NCBI GenBank assembly: GCA_036172245.1
Contig: JAYWIR010000016.1
Coordinates: forward strand, 620,001-684,000
Direction of reading: 5' to 3'
Origin: Raillietiella orientalis
Taxonomy: Eukaryota
DNA: 64,000 nucleotides
The position numbers and the translations under genes were made by a program. Positions 46,751 through 59,750 of the stretch are shown here, piece after piece. The notes beneath the pieces are model-generated. The model was not told the origin of the DNA. It made no database searches and saw nothing but the letters and a program-made list of their open reading frames with translations. Numbering within the stretch: position 1 is the stretch's first letter; each line of letters begins with the position of its first letter.

Positions 46751-48346
46751 TGCCACGCTCGTTCCAACACGTTCTTCCCGCAGTTCGCGTGACGCGCTCG
46801 GACGCCATCGTGAAAGCAAACACCCCGTGCGAGAGCGAGGTAATGCACGCACGCAACAGCCCACGTCTTCAGCAGCGCTTTTCAGCTTTCTTTGAATGAT
46901 TCGCATCTGGGTTTTCAAGCAGGGGAAAAGTCAGTTCGTCTATGAATGAGGAATGACGCAGAGAGACCTCTCTTCTCGTGCTGCTTTGTCAGCGTTAGCT
47001 GTCCGTCTTCTCTAGGGATAATTAGTTCATCGGTTCGGTCTTCTCTTCCTGAGTTTCCGAAAAAGCATCAAGCGGGCGCACGACTCCTCCCTTGTTTCAT
47101 CCCCCCTCCCCCCTTCTCCGGTGGAAGGAAGCTGCGTGAAAATGCTGCTGCTTGGTGCTGTCCTGAAACAGGATGAGAATCGGTACCACAAAAATAGATC
47201 CCTGGCTTCGGCTCAGCGTCGACTTGCCCTACTCTTCTTCAGCCTGTGTCTCTGGATGCAATTTCGTGCTCACTGCGGTTCCTTCCAGCGACCTCCCCCT
47301 TCCATTGGAAGTCCCTGACACGAAGAGGAGCAAACCACATCAACAGCGACACGTGGGGATGCAGAGTGCAGCCACAAACACCCTTTCTCTCTTTCACTCT
47401 TAAACAGACGAACAAACGCTGAGGGCGACTTTTCACTTCGTATGTGCCTCCCGGCAACCGAATCGAAGCAGACTGGGGATGCAGATTCCCTACCTCCAGA
47501 TGCAACTCGCTGCCTCCGTTTCTTGGTCATGCCTGCTTACCAAAATCTCTTACCCTTGCAGTCAACCCGGTTCCTCATATGGTCCACTCGATGCATCGAT
47601 CCAGTTTCAACGATGGAGCTGCAGCGGTCGCGCTCCCATCCATTGAGATCATCGCTCGCTCCCTCAAAATGAAGTAGGAAGTGTCATGAATAAGAACGGA
47701 CTGCTCCGAATGACCTGAACCATCGATCAGGCGGAGCGGACACTGGAACCGGTGACTCGAGAGGGACAACTTTGCTTCTGTTGCTCCTCTGTGACCATCA
47801 TGGATGGGAGCGCATTCCTCTCCTCACCAGCGACGGCGCTCAGTTGGCGCGAACCCCAAAGCAGCGCACTCATTCCCACCCGCCTACCCCCTGGCGTTGC
47901 AGCGCGGGCGATGCTGGAACTCATCCTGCATTTTCTCTACAATAAAATTCCTTCGCTTCACTTCGGCAGATCGATTTTGCAGATGCTTGAGTGTGGGAAT
48001 CGCGACCCGATCTTCAGCTCGGTGTCGATTTCGAGGGCAGCCGAACGACCTCTTTCCTCGTTGAGTTCTCTCTGGAAGGACCTCGCTTTGTAGTCTTTTT
48101 GAACCAAAACTGAGCCGTTGGACATGCCTAGCTCTCTGCGCTCTACTGGTGTCTGTCGGAGGGTTCCATCTGCCTATCGGAAATGCTGCTATCGTCGGCT
48201 GTGGTGGTCGTGGAAACCCCGCGAAAGCGATGAAAGCTGGAGAGGAAAGTCCAGAACAAAACACGAGTCATCACTCCTAGTGTTGCCTCCCTGGTGAGAG
48301 CTCAGAGGCAGCTCTACAAGAAAAACAACAGAGAAAGAAATCCAAA

Positions 48347-48704
48347 TACTCGTCGGCAATTGGTTCCGGAACTCGTGACGAGTGCCGAAACCGACGAGTA
48401 CCGTACGAGTTCCTTTCTAGGTTTCGTGGTATTATTTTTAGCCATTTTAGGATCCACGATTAACGCTTAAAGTGCACATAAAGCACACAAAAAAAGGGAA
48501 CTATTCGAGAGGTACTCTATAGAAGTGTTCGGCATCGATCGCGAGCTACCATGAGACGAAAGCGTTCACTCGTTTCATCATGAGTGGGGTGTCGAGTTCC
48601 GAGCATGCGCCGAGTGTCGAAACATTTTTTGCTCATCAGAATGCGACGAGTACGGTGACGATTTTTCGAGTTCCGAAACCGTCGAGTACCGAGGTACCAT
48701 TGTA
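48347..48704. mobile_element. Non-autonomous Tc1/mariner (pogo/Tigger-like) MITE relic, left end truncated
   Basis: Right end read inward is TA-CAATGGTACCTCGGTACTCGACGG, similar to CAGTGGTACCTCG-type pogo/Tigger termini with a TA target site. The left side keeps only the inner part (TACTCGTCGG..TTCCGGAACTCG). Several subterminal CGAGTnCCGA-like repeats and an AT-rich middle; no transposase. Confidence 0.7.
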
Positions 48705-51700
48705 TTGGGAACTGTCCCGCTACGTTCTGCTTCAGAGGTACACCGGCTCCAGCGTGCGTTGGTAGTAGGATTTCTGGAGACCAAGATCCGAAGAGCGATA
48801 GGGCACAAGGGTCCAGAGTAAACCCAGCACCGGGAAACAGCTACTGGTGAAGGCACCCAACGTTCAGATTCCTCACTCCTTCCGTAGCAAAAGATTTTTG
48901 CAACGAGAGCATTTTTTTTTTTTTTTTGTCGTGTCTTGTGCACATCGCCAGAGGCATGGGGAGTTCAAGCAATGCAATAAGCCATGCCCAAGCTTGTGCA
49001 GCAGAGCGACAAGATGAAATCTATCCTCTGACTGAACCAGATCTGGATGATTTGGTCTCCTCGACCTGCGGTCGAGGAGACCAAATGCGGTCTACAACAG
49101 TTGAACAGTTTGCATCATTGGATGCAGCGCCCGTAAAATCGCTCCTGTGACCCACGGAAAGCAGTGGTTCTCAACTGGATGCAAGTGGTGCCAATGGATG
49201 GCGATCGAACTGAGATTTACGTCTGGATCAATCACTGGAAACTTCTCGGTCCGACAGAGAGTTCCTTAAACTTCCCGAGTAAAGCCCGTTTCTGCTCCCT
49301 GTTCAACGTCTCCGTCTTTCTTCCCTCACCCCCTTTGCCACCAGACACTGCTGCCTTGCTGGTCCACTGAAGCCTGCCTCAAAACGAGGAACGTCAGACC
49401 ATGCTTCGGAGGACCCGATCCCGAGGAGATGCACCCGCTGCGCTGCAGGACAACGGAAAGGAACCCTTCCTTGCGCGCTTCCGGGAACGCTTCAGAGGCT
49501 GCAGCAGGGATTGGCCTCAGGGGGACTTCGAGCTCCGCAATGGTACCTTCCAGAACTTGTTCGGTAGAGCGTTTGCCTCCTAGGACTTATCAGCTGCCTG
49601 CTCGCTGGAGATCTGCTTTCACGGCGACGACCAAGACGGGGGAAGGAGCGTGGCCGTCATCCTGGGGAGCCGTTTGCAATCGTCCCCGCCCCCGCGTGGA
49701 GTGTGCTGTGGTCGGGGGAAGGAAAGGGGAGTGGGAGTGAGGGATGGGGACGACGTTTTATCAGGGCGATTGTGAGCTGACTGAACAGAGTGGCAACGCC
49801 TCATCCCCTCGGCTTCCAAGAATATTGTTCGCCACAGCCAGAGCAGGTCATATCCCACCCATGTATTCGTTTGTCTATTGGACCTCCCGCCCCTTCCTGC
49901 ACTTCCTCCCTAGCTGTGTGCTCAGTGAGAACAGTGCCCTCTCCTTTCAAGGCCGGTGGCGCGTGTCGGCTCCTTCCCTCTTGCTTCAATCTTATTTATT
50001 TTTTATGAATAAATGTCGAGGAAAGCAGGAATTTAGAAAATCCAGTGGATCCGATGAGTTTATGGGCCGTAGGGAGGCAGACCCCCAGCCGGCTAAAAGC
50101 AACGCGGACCTTCGACGATGAGAGCCCCAGATCGCCGCAGAGGATTTCGCTTTCCGTCCAAGTCTCTCACCGCTGTCTTGAACACGCTCCAGGGCAGAGA
50201 GACACGGCATTCCCTGAAAGAAACGCACCTTGTCCAAGAAGGAGGCCGCGTCCTGCGTGGGGTAGCACCCCGCCAGCCCCAGCCGCTATCCGTTCACGCG
50301 AGAACGTTCGCTCGTTGCGAAGGTCTTGCGCATACCAGCACTGACCAGGAGGAGGCGCTGGCCGCACGCGCTGGAGACGTGCAGGTGGCGGGCGAGCTTC
50401 CTCGACCACAGCGCCGACAAGCTACGTCGCGGTAACGGCCAAGCGCCACGGTGGACCCGCGGACCGAGTCCGGGAGAGCTTCGGCAGGACTCCGCGGGGC
50501 GCCGGCGCCCAACCAGCCACCGACCCGTCCCGCGGACGACTCCCAGCCTCCTCCCGACTCCCGGCGTTGCAGAGAGAAGAGCGAGTTGTCGACGTGCGCG
50601 GCAGCATCTCCTTCCCGTTCGAGAGACGCGCTGGAAGCAAAGAGAGGAGGAGAGAGAGCGCCTGAATTTTTGACTCTCCACCCCCAGAGGACTGAGCGCG
50701 CACCCTTGGACCTTCTTGGTGGGTCGCACCGGAAAACGAAGGACTCCTCGAGAAACCGGAAAGGCGCCACGGGGGTGACACGAACACTGGGGAACGGCGG
50801 CAGATCCACAGCAGACGTGGAACAGGTCGCTGCCAGTAATCCTCCCACGTGACGAACAGGAATGACTATGGAGGAAGCTGCAAAGAGCGTCGGGGACGCG
50901 ACACGTTGTTTGCTTCCCGCATCCCACTCTTCGAGCTGAGCAGGAATCCTCCCTTCCTGACGACCGGATGATGGAAATCATGGAAGTGCTTCTCCGATCT
51001 GGTTCATTCATTGGACGCAGGAGGACTACGAACGGAATCATGAAGGTTCATCTCTGAAAGTGCTAGTTTCCTCTTGATGGAGCAACCTACTGGAATTCTA
51101 CGAACCGTTTTTACTCACTCCTCATCAGTTACGCATTGCAGTCCACTTGAAACTTCCCTGGAGGACTGGAGCGTTCTCCCGAGGACTTTAAGGGAGAGTA
51201 GTCTAACTCTGTGTGAACCCCCTGGCGTTAATATTGCACGCCACATGCTCTGCGAACTCTCACGCAGCCTCGGACACACGTCATCTGCCGGTCGTCTTGC
51301 GATGTGATATCCTCTTATCCCTATTCCATTCCTCTTTTCCTCCCTTTCCTTTCCAAAGAGCTCATCCTGAATGGCAGCAGCGATTCGATGGTCGTTCGCA
51401 GGCGGTGGCTTGCTCCAAGACAATCTGCTCCCTTGGCAACGCACACGTCTTGCAGCGCAGTGCAGCCTCGTTGCATGGGAGTCCAGAGAGAGTTTCGGAA
51501 GCGCTGTTCACAACTCTGGGTTTCCTCAGGCTATGTCAGCAGGAGCGGTGTACAGGCAACTGCGCTCTCTCCGCCTGCAGGGGTGTGCAGTCCCCGAGCC
51601 GAGGATTCGTGCATCGGCAGCAGGATGTTCCTCTTTTCCAGTGGATTCGGATTTGCTCTTGAAATTTACCTTTACAGCTGCCAAAATCACTTGTGGTGTA

Positions 51701-54700
51701 GTGGCATGAAGCCTCCAATGCGAGCGGAGATTTCGAAGGACCTTCTACATTCCACATTCCCACATTCCACTTCTACATTCCAGGAGCTTTTCCTGACCAA
51801 CCCTTCATGATATGACTTCTCAGACTATCTGTGCTTCTCAATATCTAACCTGGATAGGGAATAGTAAGGACTTGCAAATTAGTGTCAAGGGGCTATTGTA
51901 AGGTGCCTCCGGCCTTCTAGACAGTTGACCTTTCCAAGCTATTTTGGTGAAGGACCAATTCGATCGAGGAAGCTCCGTAGGTCGCTAACGAAGACAAGTG
52001 ATTGGCTCACGCCATACGGGACCGATTGAGAGTTCGACGGGAGGAGGGGTTGAAGAACCAATCTTCACTCTCCGGAATGAAAAGAACACCTGAAAGACCG
52101 ATGTTTTCCCTTCAGTTCTTCCTCAGTCTTCATCAAACTCCAGTCAACGTCCCTGCTGGTGAGTAGGTTCTATTAGACTTCATGGATGGATCCAACTCTG
52201 TGCTCTGTGCAGCGACTTCAGGTGGCAGGAGCGACATCGCTGTCGAGAGGCTCTTGGCTGAAACGGGCGTTTGCTCCTTTGTGAGCATCCTGCTCCCCAT
52301 TGCTGACCGAGGGACGCTCCAAAACCCCAGCTCCACCTACGCGGCGCTACTGTTGCGGCCATGTTCGTCAAAACCCATGGCGCTGCTCCATCCGGACCAA
52401 CTGGACTGAGATTGCCACCCGCGTGGCTGACCGGAGGATCTGCCCGCGGATCCTAACCTGGGAGCTGTTCCGAGGGCGGTTGCCTCCGCACGGTCCAGGT
52501 TTCCTGAATGACCATGAGATCGGGATCCTGTCCGCCGCAACGCGCGACGCGGAGGTCGGAGTGGAATTGCCTCCAGGCCTCTTCCTCAGAAGCGCTGCCT
52601 GCGCTTGGACTCGAAGACCGCCGACTTGCTGGACCAGCTTTCCCTCCCCCTCTTTCGGCTCTAGCTCCATTCGTTGCCAACTCGAAATATTCCCCTTCCG
52701 CCTCGCTCGCCCCATCCTCCCACCCCCCTCTCCTGCAGCACTTTCACATTTGTCTCCTTCCGATTTCCGAGGTGGCGCATGGAAAACCGTTGCCTCGAGA
52801 GGTCCTCCGACCCTCCCGAAGTCTCCGCTCTTTAGGTGGTTCCGGTCTGTGCGACTTTCGCTCGAAGGACAGGGGGAACGACGGGCAGTAACAGCACACT
52901 CGGTGATGTCCCCTCAGGGATGGGAGGCTGTGGTAACGGGGCTCCTCCTGGGAAAGAGGGGAATTCCACTTCCACGACGCCCCTCGGTCAGACCCCCGAG
53001 GTCGCGCACACCCTCGCCCTTTCCTCTTGGATCGTCTCGACAGGGTGGTGCGTCCCCGGGAAACTCGGAACGGCGGCAGCGCTGCGGAGTTCCTCGAAGG
53101 AGGAAGAGGAGCAAAGGCGAGCCTCCCGACCTGCAGGGAACCGACGAGGCTGCCCCCTTCTCCCTCCCCTCTCAGGTCCAGAATCCTTCCCTCGCGATCC
53201 ACGGCGGAGAACCCCTGATCTTCCTCCTTTCCTTCCTCCCGCATTCCGCTTCGCACGCGAGGTCAGTGAGGGAGTTCTGACCCGCTGTGAACGAGCCTCC
53301 TTCTCCGGACCGGAGAGCAGGGAGTGAAGCAGTTGGAGAAGGGCAAGGAGGCAGGGGGCGGAGGAAGAAAGCACCGGCGGCGGTTACCCAGCAACGGCAC
53401 GGCGGTCGGGGAGGGTTCCGCGCCCTGGAGAAAAAGGGTGCCGCGTCCCTCAAATCAGATTACCCGGATCTGCAGATGCGGATCGCGTAGGAAGAGGATG
53501 CGGTTCCTTCCCCCCTTCCGGGATCCCCCTTGGAGGGGGATCCCGGGAAACCGGGCGGCGGGAGCCGCATTCTCTTATCGCTCGCGGGTGGATCGATATC
53601 CGAGGAGGCTCCGCGTGGGGACGGAAAGGGGTTCCACTGCCGCTTCCATTCCAGATGCCCACTGGGGGGAGCAGGGAGAAGAGCGGGGACAGTGCGCCTG
53701 CGAACGTCTCGGCTACTGCCGGTCCTCTCCATGGAAGAGGCGAGAGAGCTCCTCTCGGCGCTCTCCCTTCCTCGGTTCCGCAAGGAGAAGAAAGGAGGGA
53801 ACGGAACATCCTTCCCTCCCCCCTCTCCCCTTCTTCGTTCCCTGAGAAAAAGCAGAATTTGCAGGGAGGCCAGGGTCTTTTCCCTTCCTCCCTCCTGTCC
53901 CGGTAGATTTGCGGATCCTGCTCCAGGCGATCCTCAGGTGAGACCGAGTTCCCGGAAGAGCGCTTCTTGCCCGGCGTTGCGCCCGGGGGTAGGATGGGGG
54001 GCGAGGCGGGCTGTATCCCCGGCAGCAGGAATCGGTGCTCCTTTGGGAGCAGTCGATTCGCTCCGCCTCCCCGTCCGCCATTTGCGCGGTGACCTAACCG
54101 CCGCAAGCATCCGCAAGTCATCATCCCCTCTGCCGGACTGGAGCGTCCCGAGGCCATGTTCCGGAAAGGCGTGGCCGGTAGCTTCAGGAACTTTCGATGG
54201 TCGCGAAAGGATTCGCGTTTCCACCGGAGGGAGGAACGCCCCGAAGATGGAGAGGCACCGGACGGGAAAAAAAAAGGGGGGGTGGAGGTGCGGGGGTAAG
54301 GGTGGGATAAACGCTGGGTAGGGAGGGAAGCGCGCGAAGGCCGGTGGCCGCTCCGCGGCTTCGAAGGGACGCGGCGTTGGTGGACTCGAGCGCCACCGAG
54401 CGCCATGCTGGAAAACGAAGAAACCCAGAACGGGTAAGGAACGCGTCTGAGATGAATCAGCCCGGGCTCCTCAGCCCCTGAAGATTCCGATGATGTGTCG
54501 GTCCTTCGTTTTGCTGTGATACCTCCATTTTCCGCAGCATCTTTCATGTTTCTTATTTCATGGCGGAGATCTGGATGTGGCGAGCTCTCAAGGAGCACGC
54601 CCTTTCCGACCCCGGAAGTGCGCGGGATCCTGGGAGATTCCGGATTGCATTCCGTGCGTTTTTTTCTCCCGACGAGTGACGAAGAGGCGGATTCCCTGCG

Positions 54701-55349
54701 AGATAAAGCCGCCTCCTCGTTGCCTTGGTTGCTGCTGTTTGCTGTTTCCTTGTCTCCCCACCCCACCCTTCTCTATTTCTTCCTTGCCATCTCGAAGATG
54801 GCGCGAAGACTTTTTTTTCTTTTTAAGGAGGGAGGGAGGAGGGGGGAGGGTTTGTGGTTTCGACAGTCGACCGCGGGGCATCGTCATCCCGTGATTGACG
54901 AGCAGCACCGTCGGCAGCTTGGTAGTCCCGCGGCTAAATCGACCGCCTCGAGCGATTTGCATCCGAACCGAGATTCTGCATCGATCGCCCCAGGGACGCT
55001 CGCTTTCGTCGCCCCCGGCGGTGAGCCCGCGTGCTCTGAGCTCTGGGGAATGCAAACAGGGTTTCCTCCTTCCTCAGCTCTCCTGTGGAGTCTACACGCT
55101 TTGCGTTTTTCACTTTCCCTTTTTCACACCATCCACGCCACCCGAAGGCGCGTGTAACTCAGGAGTTACCCCGGGAGGAAACCACCCCCCTGTGAATCCT
55201 GGAGTTCGTTCCTTTTACGCTTGGGAGAGAACCCCTAAGAAAACGTCTTCCTCATTTTCTCTGGAAGTACCCCCTCCGGGGAGTCCACTCCTCGTTTCTT
55301 CTCCGGAGGGAATCCGGAAAGGATCCGCTCCTGAAATTTCTACTCCGGA

Positions 55350-56075
55350 AGGGAACGATCCGTCACATGCACCTGGAAACGGAGCTGGAAAAGGATGTTC
55401 TTCGGAGAGGAAGGCGGAAGCTTTACGATTTCAAGGCAACCGGGAGCTTCAAGACGAAAATTCCACCTCCAGAGAGCGGGTCTTGCGATCTTGAAGTCGG
55501 TCTGTCTTTGGGAACCTCCCCTTCTTTCCTTTTCTGAAGAGAATCCCTAAGGGACGCTTCCCGCTTTCTCTGAAGGATCTCTCCCGGAAAAGAGCAGAGC
55601 GCTTCTGACACTGTAGAGGCGACCCTCCGAAGAGGATATCAACCAGCCCTTTGGTACTCGATGAAGGGCCCCTCCCCGGGGGGGGGGGCACGGCTCCATT
55701 TTCACAACCGGAGGGAAGATCCGAAGGGAACCGGTTTCGTGATTCCTGGAAGGACCCCGGAAGGTGAACTCCCAATTCTGGCCATGCGGCTTCCACCAGT
55801 GCTGCATCCGAAGCCCACAGGCCAACCAGCGTCATCCTGCGGGAAGGACTCGAAACCCACGATGCTCCCCCCGTTCTAGGGTGCGGAGTGCACCGCTGAA
55901 TTCTGCGTAAAGATCTGCGTAAAGACTTCAAGATCGCAAGGTCCACTCTCCGGAGGTGGAATTTTCGTCCTGCAGCTCCCGGTTGCCTTGGAACCGTGGA
56001 GCTTTGGTCTTCCTCTCCCGAGAACGTTCTTTTCCAGCTTCCGTTTCCGGGTGCAGCTGACAGATCTTTCCCCAC
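55350..56075. repeat. Inverted repeat (arms about 55350-55498 and 55924-56075) formed by two converging fragments of one LINE family
   Basis: Arms align at roughly 85% by eye (e.g. caaggcaaccgggagct.ca.gacgaaaattccacctcc..cttgcgatcttgaagtc). The ORF track shows RFQGNRELQDENSTS on both strands. Another minus-strand frame reads SSWKRPWTFYRGR..KLEKNVLGRGRPK..PPPESGPCDLEVF, resembling the post-RT domain of L1/Tx1 ORF2. Confidence 0.85.
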
Positions 56076-58049
56076 GAGGGAAACCGCCAAGGGCAGGAAG
56101 ATTCCAGTAGACGCGCCCCCGGTAAAACGTCCACGGACGCTTCCAGGAACTCACCACCACCGAGCACCTCGAACTCCCCACATCAGGAAGGCGATCCGGA
56201 GCGATGCCTGCATCCGTGCCCTGCCGGACCTTGCTTGCCAACGAGAAGGAACGAACCGTTTCCTGGGGGAATGTCTCATCACAAACTTTCTTCTCTTGGT
56301 CAGCTCATCCAGGGAGCTGCTGCTGCAGCCTTTCCGGATGGCTGGTTGATCGCGAAACTTGGATGGCAATCGAAACTTCTTGCAGCAGGAAGAAGATCCG
56401 AAGCAGAACGCCAAAACTTGTCGGCTCCTCGATCCCCTCATCATCTCACCGGTGGCATCCTCCCACCGTCCCGACCCCAGCAGCTGTTGTGCGTGCCGCG
56501 TTCGACCCTGTCCGCGCCTGCGCATTTCGGCTCCTCCGCCGGGTTCTGCAGGTAGACATTCAGTTGCCGCGTCTCAATTTCTTCTTGTCGCCACTTTCCT
56601 CCTCCGTCAATCCCGGCGGCCGGTTTCGTCTAACACTCCTCCAGGAGAACGGCGAACCGGGATGAAAGGAACTCCCCTCCTGCCTCGAAGAGGGCCGAAG
56701 TTTTCTTTTCCGTGCGGAGCTCGCTGCTCCTGCAGCTTCCCTTATCGTCTCGGCTCGTTCCGGCTCGGTTTCCCGAGACGGGGTTGCTTCATACGCACGC
56801 ACGGGCGGGAGTGCAGGCGCGCCCCCACGCACGCCATGCATGCGCGGCCATGCACTGCGCGCAACTCTGTAGCTCTCTTGTGCCACGCGCACGTGTGCGT
56901 TGCAGCACGACTCGTGCCCGCATGCACACGGAGTGCATGCAGGTGGCAGCGAACGCTCCCTCCTTCCCTTTCTTTCGCTCACAACGCTCCCTCCTTGGAG
57001 TGCAAGTTCGCACTTGGCGGGGGAACTGGGAGAGCAACCCTATCCCTCCATCAGGATGACCTCCTTCTCGTGGAGACCGCTGTCGCCCTGCGGGGGCGGC
57101 GTCCTGACTCCGCAAGCATATGGGTCACACCACGGGCCCTCAATCGACGTAGTGGCGCGTTTCCCGGATCTTCTGCCTCTGGGATGCACCCAACGAGTAC
57201 GCACGCCACATCTGCTGGAGGTAAGCGTTCCCGAGGAACGTCGGCGCATCCCCCAAACGCAGAGGCTGAACATGTTCCGGCCGATGGTCCAGACAGGGCC
57301 TTGGGAGGACATTTCGTTTATGCCTTACACCGACACAGCGTTCTCCTCCTGCCTGCGCGAAGCACCCTACGCGCTGCCGCAGGAGTCCCTTGCTTTGTCG
57401 GACCCCGCGATGCTGGGGAGCCCACAAGCTCCAGTCTGGGTCGCGAAGAAGCAAGCCGATTCGCTCCCCCTTCTCCCTCCTCCCCCGTCGTGCCCTCTCG
57501 AGAGCAGCCGCCGAGTCCACCTCGGAGAGAGAGAAAGTGCCGGCCATGACATCAGGCCCGACCGAAGTTCCTAGGAGATCCCGAGAGGCGCGGCTGCCGC
57601 ATCTCTCTCCGTGTTCCGCTCTCTGGATCGGTGCGCTCTTTCGGGGATCCTGTGAGGAAGGAAGGGGAGGGGGACTCGTACTAGCATTTAGAGGCGACCA
57701 GTGGTCGGAAAGTCTTGAGAGAGTCGACGTAGCGCTTCCTCGATGAGGCTGGCTGTTGACGAGAGATGACCATGCCTCTAGCGCTGGTGCCACCGTGCGG
57801 GAGGCACTGGAGGCGAATCTGCGCCGCCCGTCATCATTGGCGTCATTCTTAGTGTCCGCAGCGCATGCTCCTGTTCCGAGTCCACTGTCGCTCACAGCAT
57901 TCTTTCTCATGCCTGTGGGGAAGAGCCCTGGCATGGTTTCAGTTCCTCCAAGTAGGGAATGCTCAAACCACAAGCCTGCTCTGTGGAAACCTTTGACGGT
58001 GGGTACCGATCCGAAGGAAGCAGCAAGAGCACTCCGCTTCCATCTAACG

Positions 58050-59750
58050 CCCTATTGATGACGTCCCAGAACCAAGTCTGTCGTCACTGTGGTCCGGCGC
58101 TTCAAAAAGGGGAGCACTCTTGCTCCCCATTTTGAAGCTGCTTCCCATTCACCACGCAGCTCTTCCTGCAGTGCTTCTTGACAGAAGAAGAAAAAAGAGG
58201 TCCAGAACATCCAGACAACTGATTTAGACATCAAAACAATAGAAGGCCAAACATCTGCTGAAAATTCCAACTTTCCAAGACCAAGAACTCCCGTCACCCT
58301 GACGACACCCAAGATTGGATATCCCGCGCAATCGGTGATTTCGGCAGAGAAGCGACTCATCAGCTCCAAATTCCAAGGTACCAATCCTCCTTATCTTCCT
58401 ATAAATGGAGCAGTCTGTAGCGGCAATCAACGCGCCGTGCTCCGATTTCCCCAGCAAGACTTTGAGCATGTCGATCTCAGCTCCGAATACAACGCAGGAT
58501 TCAGCACGCAGTAATCTCCTCTGTGTGCATCATAGCAACCATCATCCCAGCTTTGCGCAGGTACATAAAGCTAGCTTGCGGTGGCCGAAGCGTAAGCTTG
58601 GGAACACAAGGACGCAGGATCAGGAGTTCATCATGTTTCTCTCTTCCCAGAGAAAACGAGTGACAGCATCTTGTGACAACTTTGCTGCAGGAAATCGTCG
58701 TCTCAAGAGTTCCTCCTGTTGGCGTATGCTGACGTGCTTAGCGGTCTAATGTGAATCCTTCAGACTAAGTGCACAGCATCGGTCGACTCTCCAGACGAGT
58801 TCACTAACTGCATATTATAGTGCAAGTCGTGAAGTGTTGCTATGAATGGGGCTGCGAGTAGTGGGCCGAGCCGCAGTAACTAAAGCACTGAGAGGCAGGC
58901 ATCACTCATGAGCAAGCAACCACAACCCGCGTCGGTCATTAGCGATGGGCGATGGTCCTCCTTCGCCCTCTTCCCCTTCCCTTCGGTAGGCGCGTCATCG
59001 GCGAACCGTGGCCCGGTGGAGAATGTCACGAACGCTTAAAAAATGACAAAAATATCCGATTAAATCGGACGCTGATGAAATCCTTTGAGCAGCTTCAGTG
59101 AGGTTTATGACGCTGACGGCCTCCCAGAGCGATTCTTCAACACGCATGCGCACCACTTTCCGTAGCACGGCATTACACGTGTAAGCCACCCCCCGCTTTC
59201 GTGTGCCGCTTCTTCATAGCACAAGAGTGGTTCTTTCCGAAGGATCGTGTCAACCTCCTGCGTGGTCCGCGAACTATATGTTGATCTGGGGATCCCCAGT
59301 CGTCAGCAAAACCCTCGGGCTAGGGAGTTCATCGCAGCGACTCTTCTCCTGTTCACTCTATCATCGAGAATCATGCTCCCAACACTTCTTGTGCTATCAG
59401 CGCCTTCTTGATTAAGAATCTTTCAACACCACTAGCTCTGTTAACAGTGGAAGAGCGGTGCTTGCAACGGAGCGGGAACCGGATCAACTGGAACTTTCCA
59501 CCTGCAGCACATAGATGCCGACATTAATGATGAGTTGATTGGACCGTGGCTCCTGCTGCAACTTGAACTGCACCTGCATGGGAGGGCGCTTCACGCAAGC
59601 ATGTGACCAGCTTCCATGTGACGTGCCTTTCCACCTTACAGGATCGGAAAACAGGGAAGTCTACTGGTTTTATAGATGAGAGGTAGCGTCCCGCCTATCG
59701 TCGACCATCAAGCTCACATACCACGCAGTCTTCTTGAATCCTCATCTCAC
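58050..59750 (-). mobile_element. Decayed L1/Tx1-like reverse transcriptase region
   Basis: Ordered remnants: GTLPLIYK (59669-59692), cttaatcaagaaggcgctgatag (about 59394-59416, degenerate LDQEKAFDR), KLSQDAVTRFL (about 58650-58683, cf. KISQYADD.T.F) and YPILGV. Spacing suggests an internal insertion or more than one copy. Confidence 0.5.

Noticed and set aside
53450..54766. Longest ORF in the track (438 aa, minus strand)
   Set aside because: Arg/Pro/Ser/Gly-rich, no recognisable domain and overlapped by several other long frames; typical of high-GC non-coding DNA.
56359..57549. 396-aa ORF
   Set aside because: Runs through a degenerate (RY)n tract and pyrimidine runs; no domain motifs.
58325..58365. 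Hammerhead-like CTGATGA...GAAA on the minus strand
   Set aside because: Stem II pairs poorly and I could not identify stems I and III. Other CTGATGA sites also lacked the full core.
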